From Promethearchaeota archaeon (GTDB lineage: Archaea > Asgardarchaeota > Lokiarchaeia > Sigyniarchaeales > SOKP01): a stretch of DNA of 64,000 nucleotides. The position numbers and the translations under genes were made by a program. The stretch covers positions 32,001 to 96,000 of the forward strand of contig JAHPZI010000014.1 of the NCBI GenBank assembly GCA_019058295.1, read 5' to 3'. Numbering within the stretch: position 1 is the stretch's first letter; the number at the start of each line of letters is the position of its first letter. The notes beneath the pieces are model-generated. The model did not search any database. It was not told the origin of the DNA and worked only from the letters and a program-made list of their open reading frames with translations. Positions 9,935 through 20,280 of the stretch are shown here, in pieces.

Positions 9935-11089
9935 ATGGATTTTAAGCTTACTCCTAAACAGGAAATGATACGCAAAATCACTCGTGAGTTTGCAGAGGAA
10001 TATATAGCTCCAATCGCAGAAGAGAGTGACCAGAACTCACAGTTAGATCCAAGAGTAATGAAAGAAATGAAAAGAATGGGTTATTTTGGTACTTGTGTTC
10101 CGAAGGAGTACGGGGGTGCGGGATTGGAAGATGATACTGTAAGTTTTTGCATTATCACTGAAGAAATTGGGCGCATTGACGCTTCTTGGTCGATTACAAC
10201 AGGTGTTCATGCCAGTGTTTGCGCTTATCCCATATATATATTTGGAACGGAAGAACAAAAGCAAGAGTTTTTAATTCCGCTTGCGAAGGGCGATAAATTG
10301 GGGGTTTTCGCCTTAACTGAAGCGAACGCCGGTTCTGATGCTCACGGTGTTGAAATGAACGCATATTTAGACGGAGATGAGTGGGTGTTAAATGGTAGTA
10401 AAATTTTTGCTACAAATGGTGGTATTGCTGAGGTTTTACTCGTAGTAACTAAAACTGGAGAAAAGGGAAAAAGACCAGAATTAACCATTTTTATCGTAGA
10501 TACAAACACACCAGGATATTCTGTAGGTGTCAGAGAAGATAAATTGGGCGTAAGAGCATCTAATACTTCAGAGCTAGTTTTTCAAGACGTCCGGATTCCT
10601 AAAGAAAATGTTTTAGGCGGCGTTGGACAAGGATTTCGATTAGGATTACAAATTCTTGATTATGGTCGAATTCTTATGGCCGCACAATGCGTTGGATTAG
10701 GACAAGCAGCACTCGAGGCTTCAATTAAATACGCAAATGAAAGAATACAATTTGGAAAGCCTATTGGACGATTCCAAGGTATTCAATGGAAAATTGCTGA
10801 TATGGGAGTTGCTGTCGAGTGTTCTCGATTATTAACCTATAAAGCAGCATGGATGCGCGATAATAATATCCCTTATGGATTGGTTAGTTCAATGGCAAAG
10901 CTTAAAGCCTCTGAAGCTGCAATGCAGGCAGCTCACGACGCTATTCAAATACATGGTGCTTATGGTTTGATGAAAGCTTATCCTGTTGAGCGTTATTTCA
11001 GAGATGCCAAGATGGCGGAGATATATGAAGGCACCAGCGAAATCCAAAGGATGGTAATCGCGAACCATTTATTAAGAATGACACTTTAA
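9935..11089 (+). CDS. Acyl-CoA dehydrogenase (short/branched-chain type)
   Basis: FALTEANAGSD, LNGSKIFATNG, RIQFGKPIG, RDAKMAEIYEGTSEIQR. Confidence 0.95.
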   Translation: MDFKLTPKQEMIRKITREFAEEYIAPIAEESDQNSQLDPRVMKEMKRMGYFGTCVPKEYGGAGLEDDTVSFCIITEEIGRIDASWSITTGVHASVCAYPIYIFGTEEQKQEFLIPLAKGDKLGVFALTEANAGSDAHGVEMNAYLDGDEWVLNGSKIFATNGGIAEVLLVVTKTGEKGKRPELTIFIVDTNTPGYSVGVREDKLGVRASNTSELVFQDVRIPKENVLGGVGQGFRLGLQILDYGRILMAAQCVGLGQAALEASIKYANERIQFGKPIGRFQGIQWKIADMGVAVECSRLLTYKAAWMRDNNIPYGLVSSMAKLKASEAAMQAAHDAIQIHGAYGLMKAYPVERYFRDAKMAEIYEGTSEIQRMVIANHLLRMTL

Positions 11090-11199
11090 GAACTAATGAA
11101 ATAAAGAAAACTTTTGTGGGTTAGTATACATTAAAAATTTTCAAAAATGTAGAGAAGGCAAAACCCTTACTCATTCATCTAAAAAAAAAGAATTTAGGA

Positions 11200-12261
11200 C
11201 TATTGTACTAAATTAGAAACCCTTTTTATATATTTTTCTGCATCTTTCATGACAGATTCAATAATATCTGAAACGCTCTCAACGCTATTTATAATTCCAA
11301 TACTTTGACCTAAAAGAACTGCTCCATCTTGAATATTTCCAAAGTAAGCCAATTCGTATTTTTTTCCATCTTCTAATAGTTCTTCAATTGATGTCTGTGC
11401 TTCTTGAGCCATTTTTTCTTCTTTGCTAGCCACGAGATCATGATGTAAAGAATACTCATTTTTCCAGAGTCTAATTGGTCCAAAAGCTCCTGTAACTAAT
11501 ACTGTATCTTGAGCTTTTGCTGGGGGTACAACATTTTTATAATTTTCGTGGAATTCGCTTTCTTTTGAAGCGATGAATCTGGATCCCATCGCAATAGCTC
11601 CTGCACCTATAGATAAGGCGGCAGCTAATCCCTGACCAGTTGCAAATCCACCACATGCTACTACTGGAACATCAGGATATTTTTGAAGTACTTGTTGCAA
11701 CACGACTAATGAGCTTACTTTTTCATATGATTGATGTCCACCACCTTCACCTCCAGTTACAACCAATCCATCAACATTTGTAGCAACACATTTATCTGCA
11801 AGCCACAATGCGGGAGCTACATGAAAATGTTTAATATTTGAACCACTTTCCTTCAATGCCTTCCAGCTTTTACTCTGTGGAAGCATTCTTGACGATCCTG
11901 CACTAGTAACTGCATATATACATTGTTCTCTTAGTTTCGGATTTTCCATAATAAATTTAGGAATTTTTCTGCAAAATGCTGGGGCTTCAGGTTCCATTCG
12001 TGAAGTTCTGATATTAAAACCAAAAGGTTTATCAGTATGTTCAATTACTTGCATCATATTATCTTTCATTGTAGCAATAGCGCTTTTTCCAGCTGCCATT
12101 TCGGTAACCATTTCGGTATGGCTTAATACTCCAAGCCCCCCAGCTTCAGATACGGCAATCGTTAATGCTGTTGTGTAAAAGGGGCCCATTGGAGCGGCAA
12201 TTATTGGATGTTTAATCCCTAACATTTCAGTTATATCTGTTTTAATTACCATAAAAATCAT
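11200..12261 (-). CDS. Nitronate monooxygenase / FabK-like FMN enoyl reductase
   Basis: HPIIAAPMG, AVSEAGGLG, GGEGGGH, MGSRFIASKES. Confidence 0.88.
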   Translation of the reverse strand: MIFMVIKTDITEMLGIKHPIIAAPMGPFYTTALTIAVSEAGGLGVLSHTEMVTEMAAGKSAIATMKDNMMQVIEHTDKPFGFNIRTSRMEPEAPAFCRKIPKFIMENPKLREQCIYAVTSAGSSRMLPQSKSWKALKESGSNIKHFHVAPALWLADKCVATNVDGLVVTGGEGGGHQSYEKVSSLVVLQQVLQKYPDVPVVACGGFATGQGLAAALSIGAGAIAMGSRFIASKESEFHENYKNVVPPAKAQDTVLVTGAFGPIRLWKNEYSLHHDLVASKEEKMAQEAQTSIEELLEDGKKYELAYFGNIQDGAVLLGQSIGIINSVESVSDIIESVMKDAEKYIKRVSNLVQ

Positions 12262-12438
12262 TTATAATTTTTAATTAATTAATTTACATAGGTTTTCTAA
12301 CAATAAAAAGTATGTATAAATCTTATATTGAATTCCTTGCAAGAACCAATAATTTGTTAAAATAATTCACGGATAAAAAATATTTAAAATTATTAATATT
12401 ATAAAGTTTAACAAGTTTTAACCTAAAATGTTTAAAAA

Positions 12439-13248
12439 ATGAAGATTTTCGTCTGTATTAAACAAGTACCCGGCATATCAGAAGTTAAAATTGATCCAAA
12501 AACTAATACTTTGATAAGAGAGGGAATACCATCGATCATCAATCCGATGGACAAAAACGGAATCGAGCTGGCTTTAAAGATAAAAGAAGAACGTGGAGCT
12601 GAAGTAATAGCGATCAGCATGGGGCCACCTCAAGCAGAAAAAGCATTACGGGAAGCGCTTGCTATGGGCGTTGATAGAGCCTTCCTTTTAACCGATAAAG
12701 CATTTGCAGGGGCGGATACATTAGCTACTTCACATGCTCTAGCATTATCTATTAAAAAAATATTGAATGATTCAAAAAAGGGTGAGAAATATATTGTAAT
12801 TTGTGGAACCCAAGCGATTGATGGGGATACGGCACAAGTGGGTCCTGAATTGGCAGAAGAACTAGATATTCCACAAATAACATACGTTCAAAAATTCGAA
12901 TTAAAAGACGGTGATAATATTGTTGCTGAGAGAGTGTTTAGAACTGAAGAAATTGTAGTTATTGAAACCAAATTACCAGTGTTAATCTCTGTTTTAAAAG
13001 AAATTAATACGCCTAGGTATCCTACGATGTCTGGAATTGTAGACGCATATGAACAAAATGAAGTAAGTAAATTAGATGCTAAGGCGTTAAACGCAGATAA
13101 TGCATTTATTGGATTAACAGGTTCACAAACAGAAGTCTGGAAAATTTTTGTTCCTAAACGAAAAGGGGAACATATTAAATTAACTGGAACTATGGAAGAG
13201 ATATCTCGAGAACTTTGTCAAAAATTAAAGGAAGATAAAATATTTTAA
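12439..13248 (+). CDS. etfB: Electron transfer flavoprotein beta subunit
   Basis: VCIKQVP, INPMDKNGIE, AFAGADTLATS, QAIDGDTAQVGP. Confidence 0.95.
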   Translation: MKIFVCIKQVPGISEVKIDPKTNTLIREGIPSIINPMDKNGIELALKIKEERGAEVIAISMGPPQAEKALREALAMGVDRAFLLTDKAFAGADTLATSHALALSIKKILNDSKKGEKYIVICGTQAIDGDTAQVGPELAEELDIPQITYVQKFELKDGDNIVAERVFRTEEIVVIETKLPVLISVLKEINTPRYPTMSGIVDAYEQNEVSKLDAKALNADNAFIGLTGSQTEVWKIFVPKRKGEHIKLTGTMEEISRELCQKLKEDKIF

Positions 13249-13680
13249 AAGAAGATCAAAATCCATATATATAAGAATTAAAAATAAAGGAATTAAATCA
13301 GAGGAAGACAAATTAGCTAAATATGCGTTTAAATTTGTTGAGGAGGGGCACTTACCTGAACATGTAGTAAAAAAGCATCCAAGACATGAAGTATATAAAT
13401 TATCAGAGAAAAGAATTGGATTGAATAACAAAATCTTTAAGTAATCTCCAAAAAAGTTGTTAAAATTACATAATAAATGACAATATTTACATTAATTTCT
13501 CTATAATATTTATGAATAGCGATAATTAAGTAATTATTGAGTACTCTTATTTCTTATACTAAATTTACAAATTCTTGATTTTCTTATTAAATTACCTTAT
13601 TTTTCAAAATTTTTACAACAAAATTGTTAAATACTTTGTTGTCAAGAATATTAATTAATAAAAATTTTTGATGAAATTTT

Positions 13681-16266
13681 ATGAAAAAAAAAAGCGAATT
13701 GAAACTAATTATATTAATCTTAGGATTGATTTTCGCTATATCAACCATTAGCAACCAAAATTTTAGCAATGAGCAAGAGACTATTGACGACGATAGCGCG
13801 GAAATTCAAGACGAGACTAATTTAAAACATCCAAAAAATTCGGGTTTTTGGCAAGAAACCTTTATTCATGTTGATAATAATTGGACAGACACTCTTGCAA
13901 AACCATGGTGTAATGAAAAAAATGGTTATTATGTAATTGAAAATGTGACGATTGACGCTGGGGGATTAAGTATCGGGATTTTAATCGAAAACACGAGAGA
14001 ATTGTTTGAGATTCGGAACTGCTCAATATCTAACGCCAAAATTGGAATTAAAATTCTAAATTCCACCAATTTCAAAATAATCAATACCATTATTTATAAT
14101 CTCAACGGATTAGATGGAGATAATGGTGTCTATAGTGCTAGTCAGGATGGAGAGAATGGAACAAATGGAACGGAAGCTATTGGGATTTTCTTGAGTAATT
14201 GTACCGAAGGTATCATTTTATTGACAAACATGACAGACATTTCAGGAGGAAAAGCTGGGTCTGGAGCAAATGGAGGAGATGGAGAGGTTGGTCATATTAT
14301 GGGGTATATTGGAGGAAATGGAAGTAAGGGAGGTATTAGTGCTGGGATGTTATTAAATCAAACTAATAACATCTTAATTAAGCATGTTAATATTTCGAAT
14401 ATTGTAGGTGGTGCTGGTGGTGCTGGTGGTGCAGGTGGTGCTGGGGATAATGGCGTTGCTGGTGGTGCTGGCGGTGATGGCAGCAATGGTGGTGCTGGTG
14501 GTGCTGGCGGTAATGGCGGTATGGGAGGATTAGCTACAGGAATTTATCTTATTGATTCAAAAAATATTACAATTAAAAAAAATAGCATTTTAAACATCAC
14601 AAGCGGAAATGGCGATGTTGGTGGAAATGGTGGTATGGGTGGTGCTGGTGGGGACGGTGGTACTGGTGGCGGTACTGGTGGTGAAGGTGGTGCAGGTGGT
14701 GCAGGCGGTAATAGCGGTATGGGAGGGTTAGCCTCATGTATTTATCTTGCGGATTCAACAAATAATACAATTAAGAAAAACAACATTACATTCATCATAG
14801 GTGGCAATGGTGGTGCTGGCGGCTGGGGCGGCTGGGGCGGTGAGGGCGGTGAGGGCGGTACTGGTGGAGGTGTTGGTGGTTATGGTGGTGCTGGTGGTGC
14901 AGGCAGTTATGGCGGTATGGGAGGGTTATCCTCAGGTATTTATCTTGCAGATTCAACAAATAATACAATTAATGAAAATTTTATTTCAAACATCACAAGT
15001 GGCAATGGTGGTTATGGTGGTGCTGGCGGCTGGGGTGGTAATGGCGGTATTGACGATGGTGGTGCTGGACCCTGGGATTCTGATGGTGGATGGGGTGGTG
15101 ATGGTGGTGATGGCGGTATGGGAGGATTATCCTCAGGTATTTATCTTACTGATTCAACAAATAATACAATCAAGGAAAATATCATTTCAAACATCGAAAG
15201 TGGCAAAGGTGGTATAGGACTTGCTGGCGGTAATGGCGGTTTGGGCGGTTTTGTTGGTTCCGGCCTTGATGGTGATGATGGAAGTGTTTTTTTGCCTCAT
15301 GGATTTATTCTAGAAAATTCAAATAACAGTTTAAGCTATTTAAATTTAATTTATTGTGGCAATAATGTTGATAATGGGATGTACAATCGATGGGATAATG
15401 GACACATTGGAAATTATTGGATCAATTATAATGGAAGTGACGTTAACCCACAAGATGGAATTGGGGATGTTTATTATTATCTTAACGGTACTGCTGATTC
15501 ATACGATACAAAACCATTTGTATGTTCATTAGATGGAGATATTGATTCTGATGGGTTAATAAATCTTGAAGAATTTATTTTCGGAGTTGATGGATATATT
15601 ACTAAAGTATATAATCACGATTCAGATTACGACTGTTTATCAGATTATTGGGAGTGGAAAAATGGAACGAATCCTTTAATGGAGGATACGGACGGCGATT
15701 CATATCTTGATGGTATGGAAGTGTTTATGAATACCGATCCTAATGATCCCGCTTCATATCCTGGAAATGAACTCTATATCGATATAATCGAAGAGTTATT
15801 TACATTGGATGAATTTAATATTACCATTTTTATTCACGACTGGAATAATCAAGGAATTATCGGGGTGAATTTTATTGCTTGGTGGAATGGAAGTTTACTT
15901 CTTCCAGGAAATATTATTCCAATAGGCGGAGGCCATTATGAGATAACTTTAACGCCAATACTAGTAATTCCTGAAAATGACCCAATTCTATTAAACATGA
16001 CTATTTCGGCTATAGGGTATACGGATAAATATTATGAATTATATCTTGCTGTTGATCCAGAAGCTGTTAATATAACACCTGCATCAAAACCATCTCCGCC
16101 AGGCGAAGCGGTGGGTGACGGTGATGATAGTGACGATAATGATGGTGCTCATGGTGATGATGATTTATTACTAATTATTGGTGTTGCATCTGCTATATCT
16201 GCTATCGGTGCTGTTGCTGTGATTTCCGCAATATTGATTAATAAGCGATTAAAATTTAAACGTTAA
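13681..16266 (+). CDS. Large surface protein: signal/anchor, parallel beta-helix with glycine-rich inserts, TSP3-like Ca-binding repeats, C-terminal TM
   Basis: N-terminal hydrophobic segment, GIYLxDSxNNTI beta-helix rungs, (GGxG)n tracts, WDNGHIGNYW, DxDxDGL/DTDGDSYLD motifs, C-terminal TM followed by KRLKFKR. Confidence 0.85.
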   Translation: MKKKSELKLIILILGLIFAISTISNQNFSNEQETIDDDSAEIQDETNLKHPKNSGFWQETFIHVDNNWTDTLAKPWCNEKNGYYVIENVTIDAGGLSIGILIENTRELFEIRNCSISNAKIGIKILNSTNFKIINTIIYNLNGLDGDNGVYSASQDGENGTNGTEAIGIFLSNCTEGIILLTNMTDISGGKAGSGANGGDGEVGHIMGYIGGNGSKGGISAGMLLNQTNNILIKHVNISNIVGGAGGAGGAGGAGDNGVAGGAGGDGSNGGAGGAGGNGGMGGLATGIYLIDSKNITIKKNSILNITSGNGDVGGNGGMGGAGGDGGTGGGTGGEGGAGGAGGNSGMGGLASCIYLADSTNNTIKKNNITFIIGGNGGAGGWGGWGGEGGEGGTGGGVGGYGGAGGAGSYGGMGGLSSGIYLADSTNNTINENFISNITSGNGGYGGAGGWGGNGGIDDGGAGPWDSDGGWGGDGGDGGMGGLSSGIYLTDSTNNTIKENIISNIESGKGGIGLAGGNGGLGGFVGSGLDGDDGSVFLPHGFILENSNNSLSYLNLIYCGNNVDNGMYNRWDNGHIGNYWINYNGSDVNPQDGIGDVYYYLNGTADSYDTKPFVCSLDGDIDSDGLINLEEFIFGVDGYITKVYNHDSDYDCLSDYWEWKNGTNPLMEDTDGDSYLDGMEVFMNTDPNDPASYPGNELYIDIIEELFTLDEFNITIFIHDWNNQGIIGVNFIAWWNGSLLLPGNIIPIGGGHYEITLTPILVIPENDPILLNMTISAIGYTDKYYELYLAVDPEAVNITPASKPSPPGEAVGDGDDSDDNDGAHGDDDLLLIIGVASAISAIGAVAVISAILINKRLKFKR
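14410..15270 (+). repeat. Intragenic 66-67-codon repeat units with GGN-rich low-complexity tracts
   Basis: The ATGGGAGG...ATTTATCTT...GATTCAA unit starts at 14521, 14719, 14917 and 15118 (spacing 198, 198, 201 nt). Confidence 0.85.
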
Positions 16267-16483
16267 TATTAAATTAAAAATTAATAAATTTTTTTTTCCA
16301 TTCTATTTCTCATTTCTATTATATATTATAGAACAAGTATATGAATAATTTATGAAAAAAATATACTATAATTAATATTAAATTTAATTTCTCTTTTTCC
16401 AAATTGTTTTTTATGTTTTTACTCTTTATATTATTATCCTTGTGTAATATTTATTTTGAAGTAAATAAAAATTCGATACAAAA

Positions 16484-17689
16484 ATGAGCATTCGAATAGA
16501 TGATGAGTTATGTACTGGGTGCGGTTCTTGTGTTGCATCATGCCCCTATGGTGGGATTGAAATAATAAATGATAAAGCGTCTATAACAGAAGAATGCACT
16601 TTATGCGGTGCTTGTGTGGAAGCGTGTGTTGTTGAAGCAATTATTTTAGAACGGGAAGAATTTAAAGGGAAAAAAGTTGATATTTCTCAATACAAGGGAA
16701 TTTGGGTTATAGCAGAACATTACAAAAATAAAATTCATGATGTAGCGTATCAACTATTAGGAAAAGGGAGAGAATTAGCTAATATTTTAAAGGTAAATTT
16801 GAATTTAGTAATATTAGGAGATAATTTTGACAATCAATTGGATGAATTTAGTTATTATGGCGTAGATGAGATAATTTATGTTAAATCTAAAATTTTGAAA
16901 GATTATTATTCTGATTTATATGTGAAAGTATTGACTGAATTAATTAGTAAAAATAAACCGGAAATTATATTAATTGGAGCAACGCCAACTGGAAGAGATT
17001 TTGCCCCAAGAGTAGCAAAAAGATTAAATGCTGGTCTTACAGCAGATTGTACTGGATTAGATATAGATATTGAAACAAGAAATCTACTACAAACTCGTCC
17101 TACATTTGGGGGAAATATAATGGCCACAATCAGAACTCCAAGGAGCAGACCACAGATGGCTACCGTTAGGCCTGGAATATTTAAGACCCCTGAAAAGGTT
17201 AAAAAAGAAATAAAAATAAGAACAATTGATTACGATTTCAAAGAAAAAGATTCAGTTTCAAAAATCGTAAAGATAATCACTAAAGATAAAGTGGAAGTAA
17301 ATCTTGAAGAGGCAGAAATAATTGTTTCTGGGGGAAGAGGTGTTGGTTCTAAAGAAAATTTTAAGATCATAGAAGAATTAGCTACTACTTTAAATGCAGA
17401 AGTGGGAGGATCAAGAGTAGCCGTAGAACTCAATTGGATTGATAATGACCATCAAGTAGGGCAGACCGGAAAAACCGTTTCGCCAAGATTATATATAGCT
17501 TGTGGTATATCAGGTGCAATTCAACACATCGTCGGTATGCAAAATTCTGATATAATAGTAGCAATTAATAAAGATGAAAATGCTCCAATCTTTAAAACCG
17601 CTCATTATGGCATAGTTGGAGACCTTCATAAGGTTATACCTTCTCTTATAAAAGAGATAAAAAAGGTAAGAGCTGAAGAAACAATTTAA
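16484..17689 (+). CDS. etfA: Electron transfer flavoprotein alpha subunit with N-terminal 2x[4Fe-4S] ferredoxin
   Basis: CxxCxxCxxxCP and CxxCxxCxxxC, GLTADCT, QVGQTGKTV, GISGAIQH. Confidence 0.95.
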   Translation: MSIRIDDELCTGCGSCVASCPYGGIEIINDKASITEECTLCGACVEACVVEAIILEREEFKGKKVDISQYKGIWVIAEHYKNKIHDVAYQLLGKGRELANILKVNLNLVILGDNFDNQLDEFSYYGVDEIIYVKSKILKDYYSDLYVKVLTELISKNKPEIILIGATPTGRDFAPRVAKRLNAGLTADCTGLDIDIETRNLLQTRPTFGGNIMATIRTPRSRPQMATVRPGIFKTPEKVKKEIKIRTIDYDFKEKDSVSKIVKIITKDKVEVNLEEAEIIVSGGRGVGSKENFKIIEELATTLNAEVGGSRVAVELNWIDNDHQVGQTGKTVSPRLYIACGISGAIQHIVGMQNSDIIVAINKDENAPIFKTAHYGIVGDLHKVIPSLIKEIKKVRAEETI

Positions 17690-18311
17690 ATAAAAATCTT
17701 TAATTTTTCTTCAGAAAAAATTGAAAAAAAGGAAATAGATTATAAGAAAAAAAAGTAATGGAATGTATTATAGTCATAAGTACATAAACCTTAGTGGAGG
17801 AATAAATTAATGGCTAAAAACATTCCACTACAAGAAGAAAAATTTTCTTCAAAATTATATATATTTTTTCAAGTATAAAAATTTAACTGATAAAGTATCA
17901 ATTTTATGAAAGCTCTATTCGATTATTCTATAAAATAAATTGGTACAACTTAGATTGAGAGTCTCGAAAAACTTCGAGAATTTTTAGATAATAATTGAGA
18001 AATAAAAGGAAAATAAACACATAAATTTAATTAAAAAAAAAATTTTTTCATGAAATTCATGGGATAAAAATTACTTTTTTTAAAGCAAATTATCCCAATT
18101 TTTTTACAAAAAAAGATCAAAACCGATATTATTAAAAAAAAATAATAATTTTATTAAGATCTTGATAAGGAAAAAACTATTTTTAAACTATTATTAGATT
18201 GAATTTTTTGAGCTATACCATAATTTTAAATTCATTTAAAATAAATTATTTTTTAATCAAGATTTAATTTCAATAAAAAATCAAATATATTTGTAAAAAG
18301 GTGAGATTATT

Positions 18312-18785
18312 ATGGGTAAAGATGATCCAAAACATATACCTCTGGTAGGATTAGATGCAGATTATGTTGGGCGGTCACCGTGGGATTTTTATAGTTGGGG
18401 ACATATGGCTCTGGGAATCGCGTGTTTTTTGCTCTTATCCTTATTTATAACTGTACCCGAAGCTTTAGGAGGACAAGCTTTAATTCCATGGTGGCTTGTA
18501 ATAATTTTAGTTCTAGTTATATTGCTTGTTTGGGAGGGTTTTGAAAACGTAGTGTTGTGGGGCTTAGGTTGGAAATTTGAAGATCGTCAGGACTCTTTTT
18601 TGAATTTTCTATGGGATATGATCTTTGGTATGGCTACTGCTGCGGTGATGTGGTTATTCCAGTGGATAATAATGGACGTTTTAGGAGCGCTTGGAAGGTG
18701 GTTCTATGTTGCAGGAGCAATTTCGTTTGGCGTAGTTATTTTGGCCTATCTTATTGGATACTCAATGTATAAGAGTCAGGAATAA
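18312..18785 (+). CDS. Membrane protein, DUF2585/VanZ-like
   Basis: DxYSxxH, WEGFEN and DSxxNxxxD pattern in a 4-TM protein. AGGTGA Shine-Dalgarno upstream. Confidence 0.6.
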   Translation: MGKDDPKHIPLVGLDADYVGRSPWDFYSWGHMALGIACFLLLSLFITVPEALGGQALIPWWLVIILVLVILLVWEGFENVVLWGLGWKFEDRQDSFLNFLWDMIFGMATAAVMWLFQWIIMDVLGALGRWFYVAGAISFGVVILAYLIGYSMYKSQE

Positions 18786-18945
18786 TTTCTACATTTCTCT
18801 TTTCAGATTAAATAATTTATAAATTCGTTTTTTTATTATTTAACTTTTTAATTTTTTATTAAAATCGTCTATTATATATTGGAAAAAATTATAATGTCAA
18901 AATGTTAACTATTTAATTAAGAAATAATAATTCAAGACCTTTCTA

Positions 18946-19746
18946 ATGAATAAAAAAAGATTTTACGAGGCACACACAAATTTTTCTCATAGAACAGTAT
19001 CAGAGTATCTTATTTCTCCAGGTATAAAATGTAAATTTGATCTTTTAAAAGCAAATATTGGCTCAAACATAAATTTTAAAAACGGAATTGATTTGGGCTC
19101 TTCAGGAAATTCATTTTTGTATTTTTTAGGAAATATTGCACATAAATCTACTTACGATATCGCATACTTACCATTAAAGCAATATTCTAAAATTAAATTA
19201 AAGAATTTAGATAATGGAGCTTTAAATCAATTTTGGCATCCTATGTGTGGAGATCTCACGAGATTGCCTTATCGTGATAAAACATTTGACTTCATTAGCG
19301 CTCTTGATGTCTTAGAACATATTAAAAACGATAAAATAGCAATATCAGAAATAAGTAGAGTCCTAAAAGAGAATGGAGTCGCTATTATAACGGTTCCCCA
19401 TAGAATGGAGAATTATACTCATCAAGACCAACTAATAGGGCATTATAGGAGATATGAAATTGAACAAATCTATTCTCTTTTCGAGAAATATGATTTAAAA
19501 AACATAAGAACTTTCGGAGTATATGGAAAATTTATGAAACTTGCTGACATTCAATCAGTTAATCCAAAAAAAACAGAAGAAAATTTAATAAAATTACGAA
19601 ATTGGTATGAATCAAATATTCTTTTTCATAAGTTTTGGGACATAGTAGTTAATATTGGAGCAAAATTAATGAAAATTGACGCGAAATATCATTCACTAAA
19701 AAAAGTAATGAATATTGCGTTTATATTTAAAAAACAGTTATTATAA
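18946..19746 (+). CDS. Class I SAM-dependent methyltransferase
   Basis: IDLGSSG, LPYRDKTFDFISALDVLEH, HYRRY. Confidence 0.85.
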   Translation: MNKKRFYEAHTNFSHRTVSEYLISPGIKCKFDLLKANIGSNINFKNGIDLGSSGNSFLYFLGNIAHKSTYDIAYLPLKQYSKIKLKNLDNGALNQFWHPMCGDLTRLPYRDKTFDFISALDVLEHIKNDKIAISEISRVLKENGVAIITVPHRMENYTHQDQLIGHYRRYEIEQIYSLFEKYDLKNIRTFGVYGKFMKLADIQSVNPKKTEENLIKLRNWYESNILFHKFWDIVVNIGAKLMKIDAKYHSLKKVMNIAFIFKKQLL

Positions 19747-19762
19747 TAATTCCTTTAATGTC

Positions 19763-20170
19763 TTAATCGTTATAATCGTTTTTCAATTGTTCAAACATTT
19801 CTTTATATTCATCAATAAACTTTTCTTCTTTTGTTTCTTCAATTTTTTCGATCAATTCAATCGATTTCCAGAGAGCCTCAGCTCGTTTCTTAATTTTATT
19901 CAGATAAAATTGTTTATTGAAAGCTCCTTTTGATAAAGTTAAAGTATTTTTCATCTCATTTATGCTGGCCTCCATTTTGTTTTCTACTTCAATTACTTTA
20001 TCAAACACGCCAAGTTGTAATTCTCGTTTTCTCTGTTCTAATTTAATACAATTTTCACACACAATTGTCTTTAAATCTTCGTCTTTATTAACTAAAAAAG
20101 GATTTCCACATCGAGAGCATGGTTTTAATTCGAGTACTGGCATATCCTTGTCGGTCATTTTAAACCCCAA
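19763..20170 (-). CDS. Hypothetical protein with CxxC...CxxC Zn ribbon and coiled coil
   Basis: CSRC...CENC followed by an E/K-rich helix. Confidence 0.7.
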   Translation of the reverse strand: MGFKMTDKDMPVLELKPCSRCGNPFLVNKDEDLKTIVCENCIKLEQRKRELQLGVFDKVIEVENKMEASINEMKNTLTLSKGAFNKQFYLNKIKKRAEALWKSIELIEKIEETKEEKFIDEYKEMFEQLKNDYND

Positions 20171-20280
20171 TTAAGTATTTAATTAAGTATTTAATTATCT
20201 TAAATCTTTGATTAATATAATATTTTAAGTGATTTTCCCTTTATTATCTTTTTATTAACATTTAGAAAAATAATAATAAT

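Noticed and set aside
14801-15217. 138-aa Val/Ala/Met-rich ORF in an alternative + frame
   Set aside because: Shadow frame produced by the GGT/GGC glycine codon repeats of the surface protein.
20169-20197. Short tandem repeat AATTAAGTATTT x2.4
   Set aside because: Too short and AT-rich to interpret.
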